A stretch of 64,000 nt of DNA from Pristiophorus japonicus. Its lineage: Eukaryota. This document shows positions 1 to 13,574 of this stretch, one piece after another; position 1 is the first letter of the stretch, and the number at the start of each line of letters is the position of its first letter. The notes beneath the pieces are model-generated. The model was not told the origin of the DNA. It did not search any database and saw nothing but the letters and a program-made list of their open reading frames with translations. Position numbers and translations under genes: made by a program. Location: NCBI RefSeq assembly GCF_044704955.1, contig NW_027250648.1, positions 3,286,001 through 3,350,000 of the forward strand, in the 5' to 3' direction.

Positions 1-2469
1 GGTTTTATGATCCGTTTAAAACTGTTTCAAAGATAATTGTAGGCAGACAAAAATAGGTTTTATATATTAAAAATCGTTTATAACTAATTTTCTCCATCTT
101 ATTATTTAAGTGAGAATTACAGATTCAACTATTAACCTATGGTTTACGGTGCACACATTTAATACATGAAATGTTACTGTAATTTCGAATTATATGACTA
201 AACATTTGCAGGTTGAAGGGGAGGTAAATGAATATAATTCAAACAATTATAATGCGGTAATGTTGCCCAATATCACTAAATATGCGATGGAATTCATATT
301 CATGTATTATTATTAGCTCCCACAATTCTGCTGCGCACTGGTCACAATTAACGTGAGCGGAAAATTTTAGAGATTGGAGGCAATTTCTGATTATGCGTGA
401 AATTATTTTAATAACAGCATACTGATTCCACCGCAGTTCAAGCAGGGTCTGAAATTAATTGTTATCTCCCTGTTTTACACAGATTCATGACAGATTGTAT
501 TCAAATATCAATTAAATGCGAGTTGTAAATTGCAGTTTGTAAATGTCATAAATCTGACGGGTTATTAAATTCTTACTTGCAGCCGAAACCATGCAATGTC
601 TTCAATATTATTTGTTGTTTCATAGCGAGACAATTATCACTAAGCTAATCTGAAACCGTTTGTAAGATGAGAGGCTGGGCGGTAGACATCGCTGGCAGTC
701 AAAGCATTGTTCATGTGATTCTATTTAAATTCAAGGAAAGTACAGACTGACAGACACACAACCCATTGAAATTCAAGCAAATTAATTTAATTACAAAAAG
801 TCGATATTATTTTTGAATTGATTAACAACATCCTGTCTCCCATAGCTGTGCTGTATGTGGGATAGATTTATAGACAGTGAACAGATTACATTTAAGAGTT
901 ATGTTTAACTATCATTCATGTTAAATTGATCAACAAAATCTCTCCTCCATTTGCTCATTAAATGTCAGTGCCGCAGTTGACCTGAATGTTTGTTCCCCGC
1001 CAATATTACGTTGATCATTCTGGAACGTAGTTTCAATAAATAGCTGAATATATTTAATAATTAATTTACGGGCATTGTGTGAATTACGGGAGTTAAATAT
1101 GAAAAGATTGTCTATGTTATTAAATAGCGGAGGCTCTGTTACTGACTGAACACTGGTCTGTTGCCTGTTAACTATAAAATATATTTTATGAAGTAAGAAT
1201 GAAGAAAATGTTTAAACTGGAGGGCCTTGATTTAGAAAACATACGGCATTACAGCCCACCGATAGTTAGTGAGATGTAACCACGGCCAGACTTTGAACTA
1301 TTTAAAATAGTCCACTCCTAAATCCATCATGTGAAATCCACTCTGAGAAAAGATGGAGTTTATGTTGTATCAGAGAGTTCAGAAACATGCTGAGTTTACA
1401 AGTGTGTAGATAGAGAGCGGGAATGTATTGAATCAAATGTGATTTGATTCAAGTAAAAATAATATATTAGTCTGAATGTCTTTATCTATTAATATGATTC
1501 TTAATATTTTAAAATTGATAAGTGCCATGTTAATTTAACTGAAACACTAATATTTCACACGTTACCAAGCAGAAACAGGATTAAAATGAATATTAACTAA
1601 TTTTATTATAATGCTAACATCAGCTAACATCAATATTACCTGAGAGTATAATATCAGTATACTCTCAGTGAGAGTATAACCATTAATGACCTCCCACAAT
1701 TGCGATGTACACTGGATAGGATTACAGTTACTGCAACATCTCTAAGGTTGGAGAGAATTTTAAATTATGTCTAACATTAATTTAGTAAACAATAATGTCT
1801 TACTCAGCTGTGTTCAGATGGATAAGATGTCGCCGCAGATTTTAATAAATTAACTTCGTGTTTTGTCTCGATGATTTTACACTTATATTTAATTATGAAA
1901 TTATATTGAACCAGTGGCTAATCGGTTTTCAATGTAACTGTTTCCTGGTTTGTCAAATTCCTGCTCTGACAGGAAGTCCCGATTAAATCCAGCAAATTAC
2001 CCAGAAATGTGAATTATTTCGATATAATTTTTTCAGGATGTGTACGATTGCGGAGAGGGCGGGAGAAATGATTGGAAGTGGAAGAAAGTTTTTCAAATTA
2101 ATATCAGTGTAATTTTTTTAAAACGTGCAGTTTTGAGATGATCGAAAATTGATAAGAGATCAATTGTAAATCAGCTTCATTGAAACTGACAGATTGAAGC
2201 GATTTATCTGCTGAGAGCACGATTGTGCCTGTTCTGTTTCTGTGCGCCTGCTCACTGTGTGAGAATCAGTAGTGCTCCTGACTGGTTGTAAACCTTCCGC
2301 TTTGTCCTCTTGTATTTCATGGAGTACAATTCGACTCATTTATTTGAGAAGCTTGTATCTGTGAAAAATATGACAGTTTCAGATTAAGTTTGAGGAGGCA
2401 CCTCAGAAATGGGCCCAATAACGCAGTTTGTGGCATTCAGAAGCAGCAGTTCAAAAACACTTCTGTTAG

Positions 2470-3080
2470 ACTGTAGAAGGAGCTTTAATTCATTTCTAAT
2501 CCATGCTGTACAAGCCCCGGGAGTGTTTGGTGGGACAGTGTAGAGGGAGCTTTACTCTGTATTTAACCCGTGCTATACCTGCCCTGGGAGTGTTTGATGG
2601 GACAGTGTAAAGGGAGCTTTACTCTGTATTTAACCTGTGCTGTATCTGCCCTGGAGCTCTGGGAGCGTTTGATGGGATAGTGTAAAGGGAGAATTTATTC
2701 TGTATCTAACCCGTGTAGTAGCTGCCCTGGGTCAGTCTGATTGTGCAATGTATAAGGAGCTTAACTCTGTATTTAACCCGTGCTGTAACTGTCCCGTGAC
2801 TTTTTGATAGGACAGTGTAAAGGGAAAATTTACTCTATATCTAACTCGTGTTCTATCTACCCTGGTAGTGTTTGGTGGGACAGAGTAGATGGAGCTCTTC
2901 TCTATATTCAACTAGTGCGGTACATTATCTGGACTGTTTGACAGTGCAGTATTGATACGGCTTTTCTCAGAATCAATCCCTTGATACACCTGATCATACA
3001 GTGCAGAGGGCACTTTACTTTATATTATTTGTAATATAACAGACCTGAAAATGCTTTATCCAGGGTTGTTTAAGGAGCCT
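2470..3080. repeat. Degenerate tandem repeat, unit about 65 bp (GGGAGTGTTTGATGGGACAGTGTAGAGGGAGCTTTACTCTGTATTTAACCCGTGCTGTACCTGCCCT)
   Basis: About 8 diverged copies seen directly; an isolated related unit lies at about 35707-35775. Confidence 0.85.
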
Positions 3081-3744
3081 TAATTTGCATCCAACTAATA
3101 AAGTGCGAGTTATCGAGCCAGATATATACAAATAAATATTTCCATTGCTCCAATGAAACAACTGTGCATTAATTGAGTTTAACCTTATTGCAAAATAACT
3201 GCATAATTTTTAATGAATTTCTAAACTTTAAACATTTTGAGTATCAGATAATGATTGAATGAGATTGGCCTGATCTTGAGCTCACTTTCAGAACAGTTTC
3301 AGGAAAAGACTGCAACGGTCCAGAAAGCAGCGCCTGTTCTGATCTGATGGGAGGCTGGAAGTTATTTTGACAATTTAAATGGTGAATTTCGAGCCTCACG
3401 CTCCAAATAACCATCATGGGAATGTTATGTTTGACACCATCATTTCGTTCAATTGTTTTTTTAAATGTACCAGGCAGGGGCATACGCACGTGAGATGCAG
3501 CTGTTGGACTGGGTCACAACACAAGGCACACAGTAACTGAACTGCACTTCTGTGAAACATTTGAAGAGATATATTCAGCCTGCGATGAGTTGCCATTCAC
3601 AATAATCTTTCAGACTCTGTAACGGTCTCCAATTGAATCGTTTGCGTCAAATTTCTCAGTCCCTTTATTTTAAATATCCCCTTGCACTACAACAGACAAT
3701 GAAAATAGATAGAGGTGTTCAACATTATGAAGCGTTTCCAGAAC

Positions 3745-4700
3745 TTAATCCTCTCTTTGAAAAAAAAATCCCCTCATTTTCCTTCTAGTTCTTTTGCCAA
3801 TTATTTTAAATCTGTGACCTTTGGTTAACGACGTACTCGGCCGAGGAAACCGTTTCTCCTGACTTGCTTTGACAAAACCTCTCTCAATTTTGAATACCTC
3901 TATTAGGCCTCCCCTTAATTTTCACTGCTTTAATGCACAATCCCAGCTTTTCCAATCTTTCCACATAACTGAAGTCTCTGATCCTTGGTATCATCCTGGG
4001 GCCTTGTCATCCTTTGTAATTGTAGTGGTCAGAATTGTATACACTACTTCATCTGATGTCTAACCAGTGATTTGTAAAGGTTTAGCATGACTTCCTTGTT
4101 TCTGTATTCAAGGCCCCTTTTACAATGGCAATAACGTACACAATTTCTTAACCGCCTAATCAACTTGCCCTGCCACCTTCAAAGAGCTGTGAATGTGAAC
4201 CCCCAGGACCCTCTGCTATGGCACCTCCCTCAAATTAGTGCCTGGCAGATTATATTGCCTCTCCTAGTTGTTCCTCCAAAATGCATTAAATTGTATCTGC
4301 CATGCGTCTGCCCATTTCACCAGTCTGTCAATGTACTCCTGAAGTCCGCTGCTATCCTGCTCACACATTCCTATGTTGCCAAGTTTGCATCATCCGTGAA
4401 TTTGTAAACTGTACTCCCTATAAACAAGTCCAAGTAATTTATATATAAAACAGGAAAAGCAATGGTCCTCATACCGACCAATGGGCGACCTCACTTCTCT
4501 CCCGTCAGAAAAACATCCGTTCATCACTGCTCGCCGCCTCCTCTCTCGCAGCCAATTACATACCCAAGTTACCTCCAACCCTTTAATCCCATGTGCTTCT
4601 ATCTTCCGAATAATCTTTTGATGAGATACTTTATAAATGCCATTTGAACGTCTATATGTACAACATCTATTGCAACACCAACATCGACCCTCTCTGTAAC
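3745..4700 (-). mobile_element. Old CR1 LINE ORF2 (RT) fragment
   Basis: Minus-strand translation resembles CR1 RT (WVCNWLRERRRRAVMNGCFSD); many stops. Confidence 0.7.
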
Positions 4701-5339
4701 TTCACGGTGTAGACCGAGATTTCAGTATCTGACCAATAAACAGGTGTTTGAGTTATCCGCACAAACCAGAAGCGAGAGTTACCCATATCAGCAGTAACCA
4801 CGTCAGTTATTCTTTGTCCTTCCTAGCATAGACCCGGCTGATAACCAATTGATTTATAATGTTTAAGGTTTGCCAATATTAGGTATTTCGAGAAGAAACC
4901 TGACTCGATGTTTAAATTATGTTCGGTACGAACAACAAGAATGACTGTAACGACCCAGAAAGCAGTGCCTGTTCTCACTGGTGGGAGGCTGGAAAGTAAT
5001 TTGTAAAATTAAATGGAGCATTTAAAGTTCCATATAACCGGCTTTGGGAATCGTATTTCATTCGGATTAGTTAATTGAGTGAGTGGGAGGAGGGAGGTCA
5101 GGAGACATCCAAGCAGTAGCAGGGGATAGAGCACAACTCACACTGCATCGCTCTTCCTACAATTCTGAGCAGGAAAGAGATGGACTCGAATCAATCCCGA
5201 TTGAGATAACGCTTGAATCCTCGACATCAGGCTGTGCAAAAGTTTCTGGTTCAAATCTGAGCGCTGAATTATTCAATTCACATTTTAAAGGAGACTTCAA
5301 CCATTTATTGGAACGTCCTTTATTGTCATGGGAACAAAG

Positions 5340-5690
5340 AAGATTTAGATGAGGTCTGATAGAGGGGTTTTGGAATTATGAAGGGTTTTATGAAGAGATT
5401 CGGGAAACATATTTCCCCAGGTCGGTGAGTTGATGAGTAAATGGCACTGATTAAAAATCAGCAGCAATAGAATGAAGGGAGAGGGTACTATTCTACACAG
5501 GGACTGTTAGGACATGGGCTGTCCTATCAGAAAGAGGGCTGCATGCAGAGTCCATAATAGTTTAATAAAATTGAACGTTTGAGAAGAAGATTGGGAATTG
5601 GAAGGCGAACGGGATTGGTGGAGAGATATTTCAGAGGTGTGATGGGCCGAATAGCCTCCTTCAGTGCTGTAAAGTTGTATTATTTTTCCG
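5340..5690 (+). mobile_element. CR1 LINE 3' fragment
   Basis: Diverged similarity to the CR1 ORF2 C-terminus and 3' UTR (GATGGGCCGAATAGCCTCCT). Confidence 0.55.
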
Positions 5691-6406
5691 TCTGGGTCAT
5701 GCTTTATAAACATGCCGGGATTTAAAAAAGTTAATACAACTAGTAGATCTTGCTGTACATGTTGTGTGATTAGGATAATTCACCGCACCGCTATTCAAAC
5801 AAGTGTACCCCCGAAAACAACACATGCATTTATATAGCGTCTTTAACATAGTAAAACGTCCCAAGACGATTCATATGAGCTTAAGGAGGTAAACTGTGAC
5901 ATAAGGAGATATCAATTTTCTTTAGTATGGTCAGCAGTGATTCTGGCAGTTGACCAAAAATTTGATCCAAAAGGTTATTTTAAACAGCAAATTAAAATGG
6001 ACTGGCCTGATTCGGTGCTGCTAATAAGATTCTGATAGCAAAAGGATGTAGGGAGGAGCTCAGAGGACATAATGTGAAATAATCTACTGTAAAAGTGGCT
6101 GGGGATTGAGGGGAAAGTTCCATAATAGCTGGAAGAAGTTCACGATACAATATCCCAGCATTCTTTCGGTACAAAGTGGCCTGCTGGACAGAATGTCCCT
6201 TTAAGACTCGTGACTTTTCTTAGATACAAGACTGGAGTTAAGTGGAGGCGTTTCACGTCGGGTCTTATAACTCCTAGAAACTCAAATAGGGTTTGATGGG
6301 CAAATGATGGAGTTAGTTCATCCTGTCGTGAAATTTCGAGTTGTTTGGTTATTTTATAAGCACTGATTACAGAGTCTAACTTGTCCAATTGGCCTATCTT
6401 TCCCAG

Positions 6407-6706
6407 CGACACCATCTCCTCCCAAACTCTACGCCCTGCTCTCCTCCTGTGAACAACCCAATTCTGGTGGCCCCGTCACCTACGGCTGCTTCGCGATGGA
6501 CTACTCCCCGGAAATCACCAGCCTTTCCTGGAGGAAAGAAAAAGAGCCGATCGCCACTGGATTGAAGACCTACCCGTCAGTGCTCAACAAGAAGGGAGCC
6601 TACATCCTGAGCAGCCAGTTAACCATCACCGAGACAGAGCTGGGGAACAGCGCAATCTACTGCGAGGTTCGATGAGGTGGGTCGGTCTGGGACGTAAAAA
6701 TGCCAG
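6407..6706 (+). pseudogene. ighm: Immunoglobulin heavy chain mu constant exon CH1 (shark IgM type) with premature stop
   Basis: Branch point CTAAC 6376-6380, acceptor TTTCCCAG|, donor G|GTGAGT, 300 bp phase-1 exon. Translation [99 protein letters not shown] has the C1-set Cys/Trp/Cys and closely resembles elasmobranch IgM CH1; TGA at 6673-6675. Confidence 0.93.
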
Positions 6707-6734
6707 GTGAGTGTTGTGAGATACAGGGAGGTAA

Positions 6735-7002
6735 ACTGTGAAAAGCAGAGAAGTTATGTTCAACTTCTATACAACCTTGGTTAGACCAGACTTCGAGTCA
6801 TGTGCACAGTTCTGGTCTCCATATCACACTGAGAGTGCTGCGTACAGGTCGGGTCTCCATAACCCACCTCACTGTGCACAGTTCCGGTCTCCAAATCACA
6901 ATTCGAGCACTGTGCAGAGTGCTGGTTTCCATATCACACTTAGAGTACTATGCACAGTTCTGATCTCCATATCACATATAGAGTACTGTACACTAGAGTA
7001 CT
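6735..7002 (+). repeat. CR1 fragment expanded into a ~38 bp tandem repeat
   Basis: KSREVMFNFYTTLVRP..CAQFWSPY followed by 5-6 diverged copies of GAGTACTGTGCACAGTTCTGGTCTCCATATCACACT. Confidence 0.7.
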
Positions 7003-10000
7003 GTCTTTAATAAGACACTCCAGAGTGAGGAACAGGCCCGAGGGGCCGGCTTATATACAATGCTCCCAAGGGATGCTGGAATCCCTTGGGACTTCAGGGG
7101 ATGAGCTCCCTGGTGGCAGAACATGACAGTGCATGCTTTACAGATACACATCACTTTCCCCCCCCCCCCCCCAAAGTCAAAGTGAAAACTATTTACAAGG
7201 TGAGGCGGTCAGGAGCATTTCTTTCTCTGGTGGACCACCTCGGTACAAATGTCTGTTCTGGAGTGTTGGCTGTGCCCTCGCTGGGCTGCCGTGTTGTTGG
7301 CCCTGCAGGGCTGCTAGGTGAGCCTGGCCTTACTGGGCTGTAGGGCTGTAGGGCTGATGGGTTCGATTTTCTGGTCCGGAGTGGTGTCGTTGATTCTTTG
7401 GGTGTGTGTTGTGGGCTCGAAAAAGGTGGTGTCTGCTGTGGGTTGTTCAGGGCAGTCTGTGAACCGCAGCCTCGTTTGGTCCAGGTGCTTTATGCAAATT
7501 TGTCCATTGTCTAGTTTGACAACAACACCCTATTCCCTTCTTTAACTATCACCGTGCCCGCGATCCACTTGGGACCATGTCCATAGTTTAGCACATACAC
7601 AGAGTCATTCAGATCAATTTCCCGTGACACAGTGGCGCGACCATCGTTTACATTTTGTTGCTGCCGCCTGCTCTGTACCTGATCATGCAGGTTGGAGTGA
7701 ACCAGAGGCATTCTGGTTTTAAGTGTCCTTTTCATGAGAAGCTCAGCTGAGGGCACCCCTGTGAGCGAGTGCAGTCTCATGTGGTAGCTGAGTAGTACTC
7801 GGGACAGGTGGGTTTGGATTGAGCTTTCTGTGACTCGGTTAAGGCTTTGTTTGATGCTTTGTACTGCCCGCACTGCCTGCCCATTGGAGGCTGGTTTAAA
7901 CGGGGCCGAGGTGACATGTTTGATCCCATTGCAGGTCATGAATTCTTTAAATTCGGCACTGGTGAAACATGGCCCGTTGTCACCGACCAGTATGTCAGGC
8001 AGGCCGTGGGTGGCAAACATGGCCCTCAGGCATTCAATGGTGGCGGTGCCGGTGCTTCCCGACATTATTTCACATTCAATCCATTTTGAAAAAGCATCCA
8101 CCACCACCAGGAACATTTTACCGAGAAACGGGCCCACATAGTTGACATGGATCCTTGACCATGGTCTGGAGGGCCAGGACCACAAACTTAGTGGTGCCTC
8201 TCTGGGCGCGTTGTTCAACTGGGCACAGGACTCTAAGTCAGAGTCGATACCGTGCCACCACATGTGGGATCTGGCTATCGCTTTCATCATTACTATACCC
8301 GGGTGTGTGCTGTGGAGATCCGAGATGAACGTCTCCCTGCCCATTTTTGGTAGCACTACGCGGTTACCCCACAACAGGCAGTCTGCCTGAATGGACAGCT
8401 CGTCCTTTCGCCGCTGGAACGGCTTGATTGGCTCGTGCATTTCAATGGGAATGCTGGCTCAGCTCCCATGCAGTACACAGTTTTTTTACTACGGCAGCAG
8501 AGGATCTTGGCTAGTCCAAGTTCTAATCTGGCGGGACGTGACAGGTGATTTATCATTTTCAAACACTTCCATGACCATCAACAAGTCTGCGGGCTGCGCC
8601 ATTTCCACCCCCGTGGTGGGCAATGGTAGCCGACTGAGAGCATCCGCATAGTTCTCGGTGCCGGCCTATGGCGGATGGTATAGTTATATGCTGATAGCGT
8701 GAGTGCCCAACTTTGTATGTGGCTGAGGCATTAGCATTTAGTCCCTTGTTTTCACTGAACAGGGATGTGAGGTACTTGTGATCGGTTTCCAGCTCAAATT
8801 TGAGGTCAAACAGGTACTGATGCATTTTATTTACCCCAAACACACACGCTAATGCCTCTTTCTCAATCATGCTGTAGGTTCTCTCGGCCTTAGACAAGCT
8901 CCTGGAAGCATAGGCGATAGGTTGCAACTTCCCCGTAACGTTAGCTTGTTGTAATACACACCCGACTCCATACAACAACGCGTCACATGCTAGCACAAGT
9001 CTTTTCCACGGGTTATACAATACAAGCAGCTTGTTGGAGCATAACATGTTTCTGGCTTTCTCAAAAGCAATTACTTGTTTTTTTTTCCATGCCCAGTTCT
9101 CACCTTTGCACAACAACACATGTAGGGGCTCTAAAAGGGTGCTTAACACCGGTAGGAAGTTACCAAAATAGTTGAGGAGTTCCAGGAACGACCGCAGCGC
9201 CGTGACATTCTGTGGCCTGGGCGCATTCCTGATAGCTCTGTCTTGGCCGAATGCCATCCGCCGTGATCTTTCTCCCCAAAAACTCCACTTCTGTTGCCAT
9301 GAAGACGCATTTCCACTTCTTCAGCCGCAGCCCTACGCGATCCAGTCACTGGAGGACCTCCTCCAGGTTTTGTAGGTGCTCAGCGGTGTCCCGACCCATG
9401 ACCAATATGTCGTCCTGAAAGACCACCGTGTGTGGTACCAACTTGATTAGGCTCTCCATGTTTCTCTGGAAGATCGTTGCAGCCGACTGAATTCCAAATG
9501 GGCATCTGTTGTAGATGAACAGTCCCTTGTGTGTGTTGATGCAGGTGAGGCCCTTCGAAGACTCCTCCAGCTCCTGCGTCATGTAGGCCGAAGTCAGTTT
9601 GAGCTTGGTGAACCCTGCCTCCTGCCAGCTTCGCAAATAGGTCATCTGCCTTAGGTAGTGGGTATTGGTCCCATCACGAGAAACGATTAACAGTTACTTT
9701 ATAATCACCACAAATCCTGACCGTGCCATCACTTTTGAGTACTGGAACAATCGGGCTGGCCCATTCGCTGAATTCCACTGGGGAGATGATGCCCTCGCGT
9801 TGCAGCCTGTCCAGCTCGATTTCCACTCTCTCCCTCATCATGTGAGGTACCGCTTGCGCCTTGTGCTGAATGAGTCGTGCTTCTGGGACCAAGTGGATGC
9901 TCACCTTCGCCCCGGAAAAGTTTCCAATGCCTGGCTCAAAAAGGTAAGGAAACTTGTTGAGAACCTGGGTACATGAGGCATTATCAACATGTGATAGCAC

Positions 10001-11467
10001 TCGGATGTCATCCCAGTTTCAGTGGATTTTGTCCAGCCAGCTCCTTCCAAGCAGTGTGGGACCATCGCCCGGGACAATCCAGAGTGGCAGTTCATGCACC
10101 GTGCCCTCATAGGTGACCTCGACCATGGCGCTGCCCAGGACAGTTCTTTGGTGTACGTTCTCAGTTTCGTGTGGATGGGAATCAGGGCTGGTATGAATGC
10201 CTTGTTGCACCACAGTCTCGCAAACATCTTTTTACTCATGAAGGATTGGCTAGCGCCTGTGTCCAGTTCCATGGCTACAGGTAAGCCATTCAATTTTATG
10301 TTTGGCATTATAGGTGGACATTTCGTCTCAAATGTGCGCACCCTGTGTACTTCAGCATCTGCCTCCTCTCTCTGAGGCTCGAAATTGCTTTGATCCACCA
10401 TGGACCGATCTTCCTCTGACACGTGGTGGTTAGCAGATTTTGAAGAGCTTGCAGCTCTTTTGCAAGCTCCTTGGAGGTGCCCCATTGTTCCACAGCTCTT
10501 GCAAACATACCCTTTGAAGCGGCATGAATAGGCTGAATGGAAGCCTGCACAACACCAACAAGGTGTGAATTGCCTTGCATTCATCCTTTGTTGGGGTCTC
10601 TGAGTCATCTCGGTCACCTGAGGCCTGATGGCAGTTGCAGACTCGTGGTCTCTGCCCTATACATTTCTGCTCACAAACACAGTTCCAGTTAATTTATGAA
10701 GATTGCTAGCACTTGTGTGCTGAGAGATTTGTTTGGTGTTATCACTGGTGGACATAAACGCCTGTGCTATCGCAATGGCCTTACTGAGGGTCGGTGACAC
10801 TACAGTCAAAGTTTTCGTAGGATGGTCTCGTGGCCAATGGCCAGTACTAAAACGTCTCTGAGCATTTGCTCCAGGTAGCCATCAAACTCACATTGTCCTG
10901 CAAGTCGCCTTAGCTTGGCGACGTAGCTCACCACTTCCTGACCTTCAGATCGCTGGCACGTCTAGCACCGATAGCTTGCCATCAGCACGCTCTCCCTCGG
11001 GTTAAGAGGCTCCCGAACCACTGTACACAGCTCCTCATACGACTTATCTGTGGGTTTCATTAGAGCTCGAAGAATCTTCATGAGGCTGTAGGTCGGTGTC
11101 CCGCAGACTGTGAGGAGGACTGCTCTCCTTTTTGCAGCGCTTCCTTCTCCATCTAGCTTGTTGGCTACAAAGTACTGGTCTAGCCGTTCGACATAGGCTT
11201 CCCAGTTCTCGCCCTCCGAGAACTTCACCAGGATGCCCACAGTTTGCTGCATCTTTGCATTGGATTCATATTCTCGTCGCCAGTTATTGTGTTCCTAACA
11301 CAGGTGAGGCTGCAGTTACAGTGACCTCAGTCTTTAATAAGACACTCTAGAGTGAGGAACAGGCCTTTATACAGTGCTCCCAAGGGATGCTGGGATCCCT
11401 TGGGACTTCAGGGATTGAGCTCTCTGGTGGCGGAACATGGGAGTGCATGCTTTGCAGATACACAACA
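7003..11467 (-). mobile_element. Ty3/Gypsy LTR retrotransposon, degenerate
   Basis: LTRs 7003-7153 (truncated) and about 11288-11467; polypurine tract 7154-7172; PBS TGGCGACGAG 11273-11282 (tRNA-Ser GCU type); gag, CCHC, protease LDTGAS, RT FQDDIL, RNase H, integrase in Gypsy order. Confidence 0.93.
7511..11252 (-). pseudogene. Gypsy gag-pol, frameshifted
   Basis: ORF pieces 10962-11252 (gag), 9901-10617 (CCHC, protease), 9346-10000 (RT), 8559-9257 (RNase H), 7511-8440 (integrase). Confidence 0.9.
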
Positions 11468-11479
11468 ATGCTGCTTTGT

Positions 11480-11760
11480 TCTTGACTCTGCTGCAAGAGG
11501 AAAGGTTTCCCTCGACCCTATAAATCATTCAATTATCTTAAGCACCTCTTAATCTTCTATTCTGCTGTAATTCAAACCACGTTGATGCAACCTGTTCTGA
11601 AAATGTAACCCATTAAGCCCAGGTATCATTGTGCCGAATCTGCCTCGCACCTCCTCCAAGGTCAATTAAATGTTCCTGAGTTGCGGTGCCCAGAACTGAA
11701 TGCAGTACTTCAAATGCGGTCTACCCAGAGCTTTGGTTTTCCAATACTTGAAGATAACTG
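11480..11760 (-). mobile_element. Old CR1 fragment
   Basis: KALGRPHLKYCIQFWAPQLR motif. Confidence 0.6.
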
Positions 11761-12299
11761 CCAACAATCTATTAATTAATGAATGAATAGCTTGCTGCAA
11801 TACTTTACCTGGAACAGCGACAGCTGCAAGGGCAGTGTAGTAAATGGCATAGACTGGGCCTTTGGCGGGAGATGCATATCCTGCAAGAAGCAGCAATGTC
11901 TGTTCGGGATCCCACATGCACTCTATTCGACATTCAAAAGATCGCTTATTATACCTGGTGTTAAATCTCCATGGACACAATTAGTTAGAATTAACATTAA
12001 TGTTATTTACAGTCATTGAACAAACATGTTAGGTGACATCATTACTTCCGTCAGCGACAATCATTGAAGAAATAGAATAGATTATTGCACATTTAACGTT
12101 GGTTAGTGTCACTCAACAAACAAATTGATGCAGTCTATTTTATCTTAATTTGTAATTCAATAGAATGGATAAATATACAGGTGCAGTGTTTTAAAAGGAA
12201 ACGCTGTGTCCCTTGGAAAATTAAACCTCTGTCCAGGCCCGTTCTGGCCTACTTGTGGCTCTATTCCACACCAACGTGATTGACTATTAACTGCTCTCT

Positions 12300-13572
12300 G
12301 AAGGGGCCTGCAACCCAGTCACTTGTATCAAAAAGGAATAAAGGAACAAACAAATAAAGCAGGATGAACCATTGGCTGCAACATAGGCACAGAATTCGGA
12401 GACAACAAGAATACACCCAGGCCAGTTCAGCCTGCAAAGTCTTCACACTAACATCTGGGGATTAGTGACAATGTTGAGAGAGCTATCTCTCAGGCTAATT
12501 CATCAACAGCTTGACATAGTTATGATCCCAGAATCATACCTACCAGCCAAGGTCCAAAACTCCTTCATCACCATCCCGGGATATGTTCTGTCCCACCGGC
12601 AGGACAAACCCACCAGAGGCCACGGCACAGTGGTATTCAGTCTAGGGGTAGTGGTCCTGAAAGTCTGAAATGCTGATGCTATACCATGACAGCGCATGGC
12701 TTCACCTCAGAAAAAGTGAAGGAAACCTCCTGTTGATTAGTGCCTACCACTATCTCTCAGCTGAGGAATTGGCACTGCGAAATGTTGAAAACCATTTGGA
12801 GGATGCAATGAGATACAGGGCCTAGAACATACGCTGGGTATATGATTTCAATGTCCATCACCAAGTGTGGCTCACTAGCACCACTACTGCCCGAGCTGGC
12901 CAAGTCAAGGATAGGTGGTGAGAGAACCAACACGAGGGAAAAACCTATTTGATCTCGTCCTCACCAACCTACCTGCATCTGTCCATGACAGCATTGGTAG
13001 CAGTAATCACCGCACAGTCATTGTGGAGAAAGTTCCGTCTTAACATTGAGGACAAACTCCATCGTGTTGTGTGACAATGCCACCATGCTAACTGGGATAG
13101 ATTCAGAATAGATCCATGAGGCGTTGTGGGCCATCAGCAGCAGAATTGTATTCCACCATAATATGTAAGCTCATATCTCTCATTCTACCAGGGGATTAAC
13201 CCTGGTTCAACTAGAAGTGCAGAAGAGTATGCCAGGAGCAGCACAAGTTGTACCTAAAATTGAGGTGCCAATCTGTGGAAGCTGCAACACAGGACTGCAT
13301 GCATGCAAAGCAGCGAAAGCAACATGTTATAAATAGAGCTAAGCAATCCCACAATCAACGGAACTGATCAAAGCTCTGCAGTCCTGCTCAGCCAGTTGTG
13401 AATCGTGGTGGACAATTAAAAAAAAGACCGGAGGCAGCGGCTACATGCATATCCCCATCCTCAATGATAACGATGTGGAAAAGACCAGGCTGAAGCATTT
13501 GTAACCATCTTCAGCTGGAAGTGCCGAGTGGATGAACCATATTGGCTTCCTCCTAAGGTCCACACCTTCACA
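12300..13572 (+). mobile_element. Degenerate non-LTR retrotransposon 5' part (APE endonuclease), a family distinct from the young CR1s
   Basis: LDIVMIPESYL..ITIPGYVLSHRQDKPTRGHGTVV endonuclease-like motif, then DFNVHH and LFDLVLTN-like remnants. Confidence 0.7.
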
Positions 13573-13574
13573 GG

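Noticed and set aside
2232-2259. CACTGTG heptamer as a JH or D recombination signal
   Set aside because: No acceptable nonamer at 12 or 22-23 bp and no WGxG J sequence follows
6673-6675. Selenocysteine or programmed readthrough in CH1
   Set aside because: The position corresponds to Arg, not Cys; a CGA>TGA mutation is the simpler explanation
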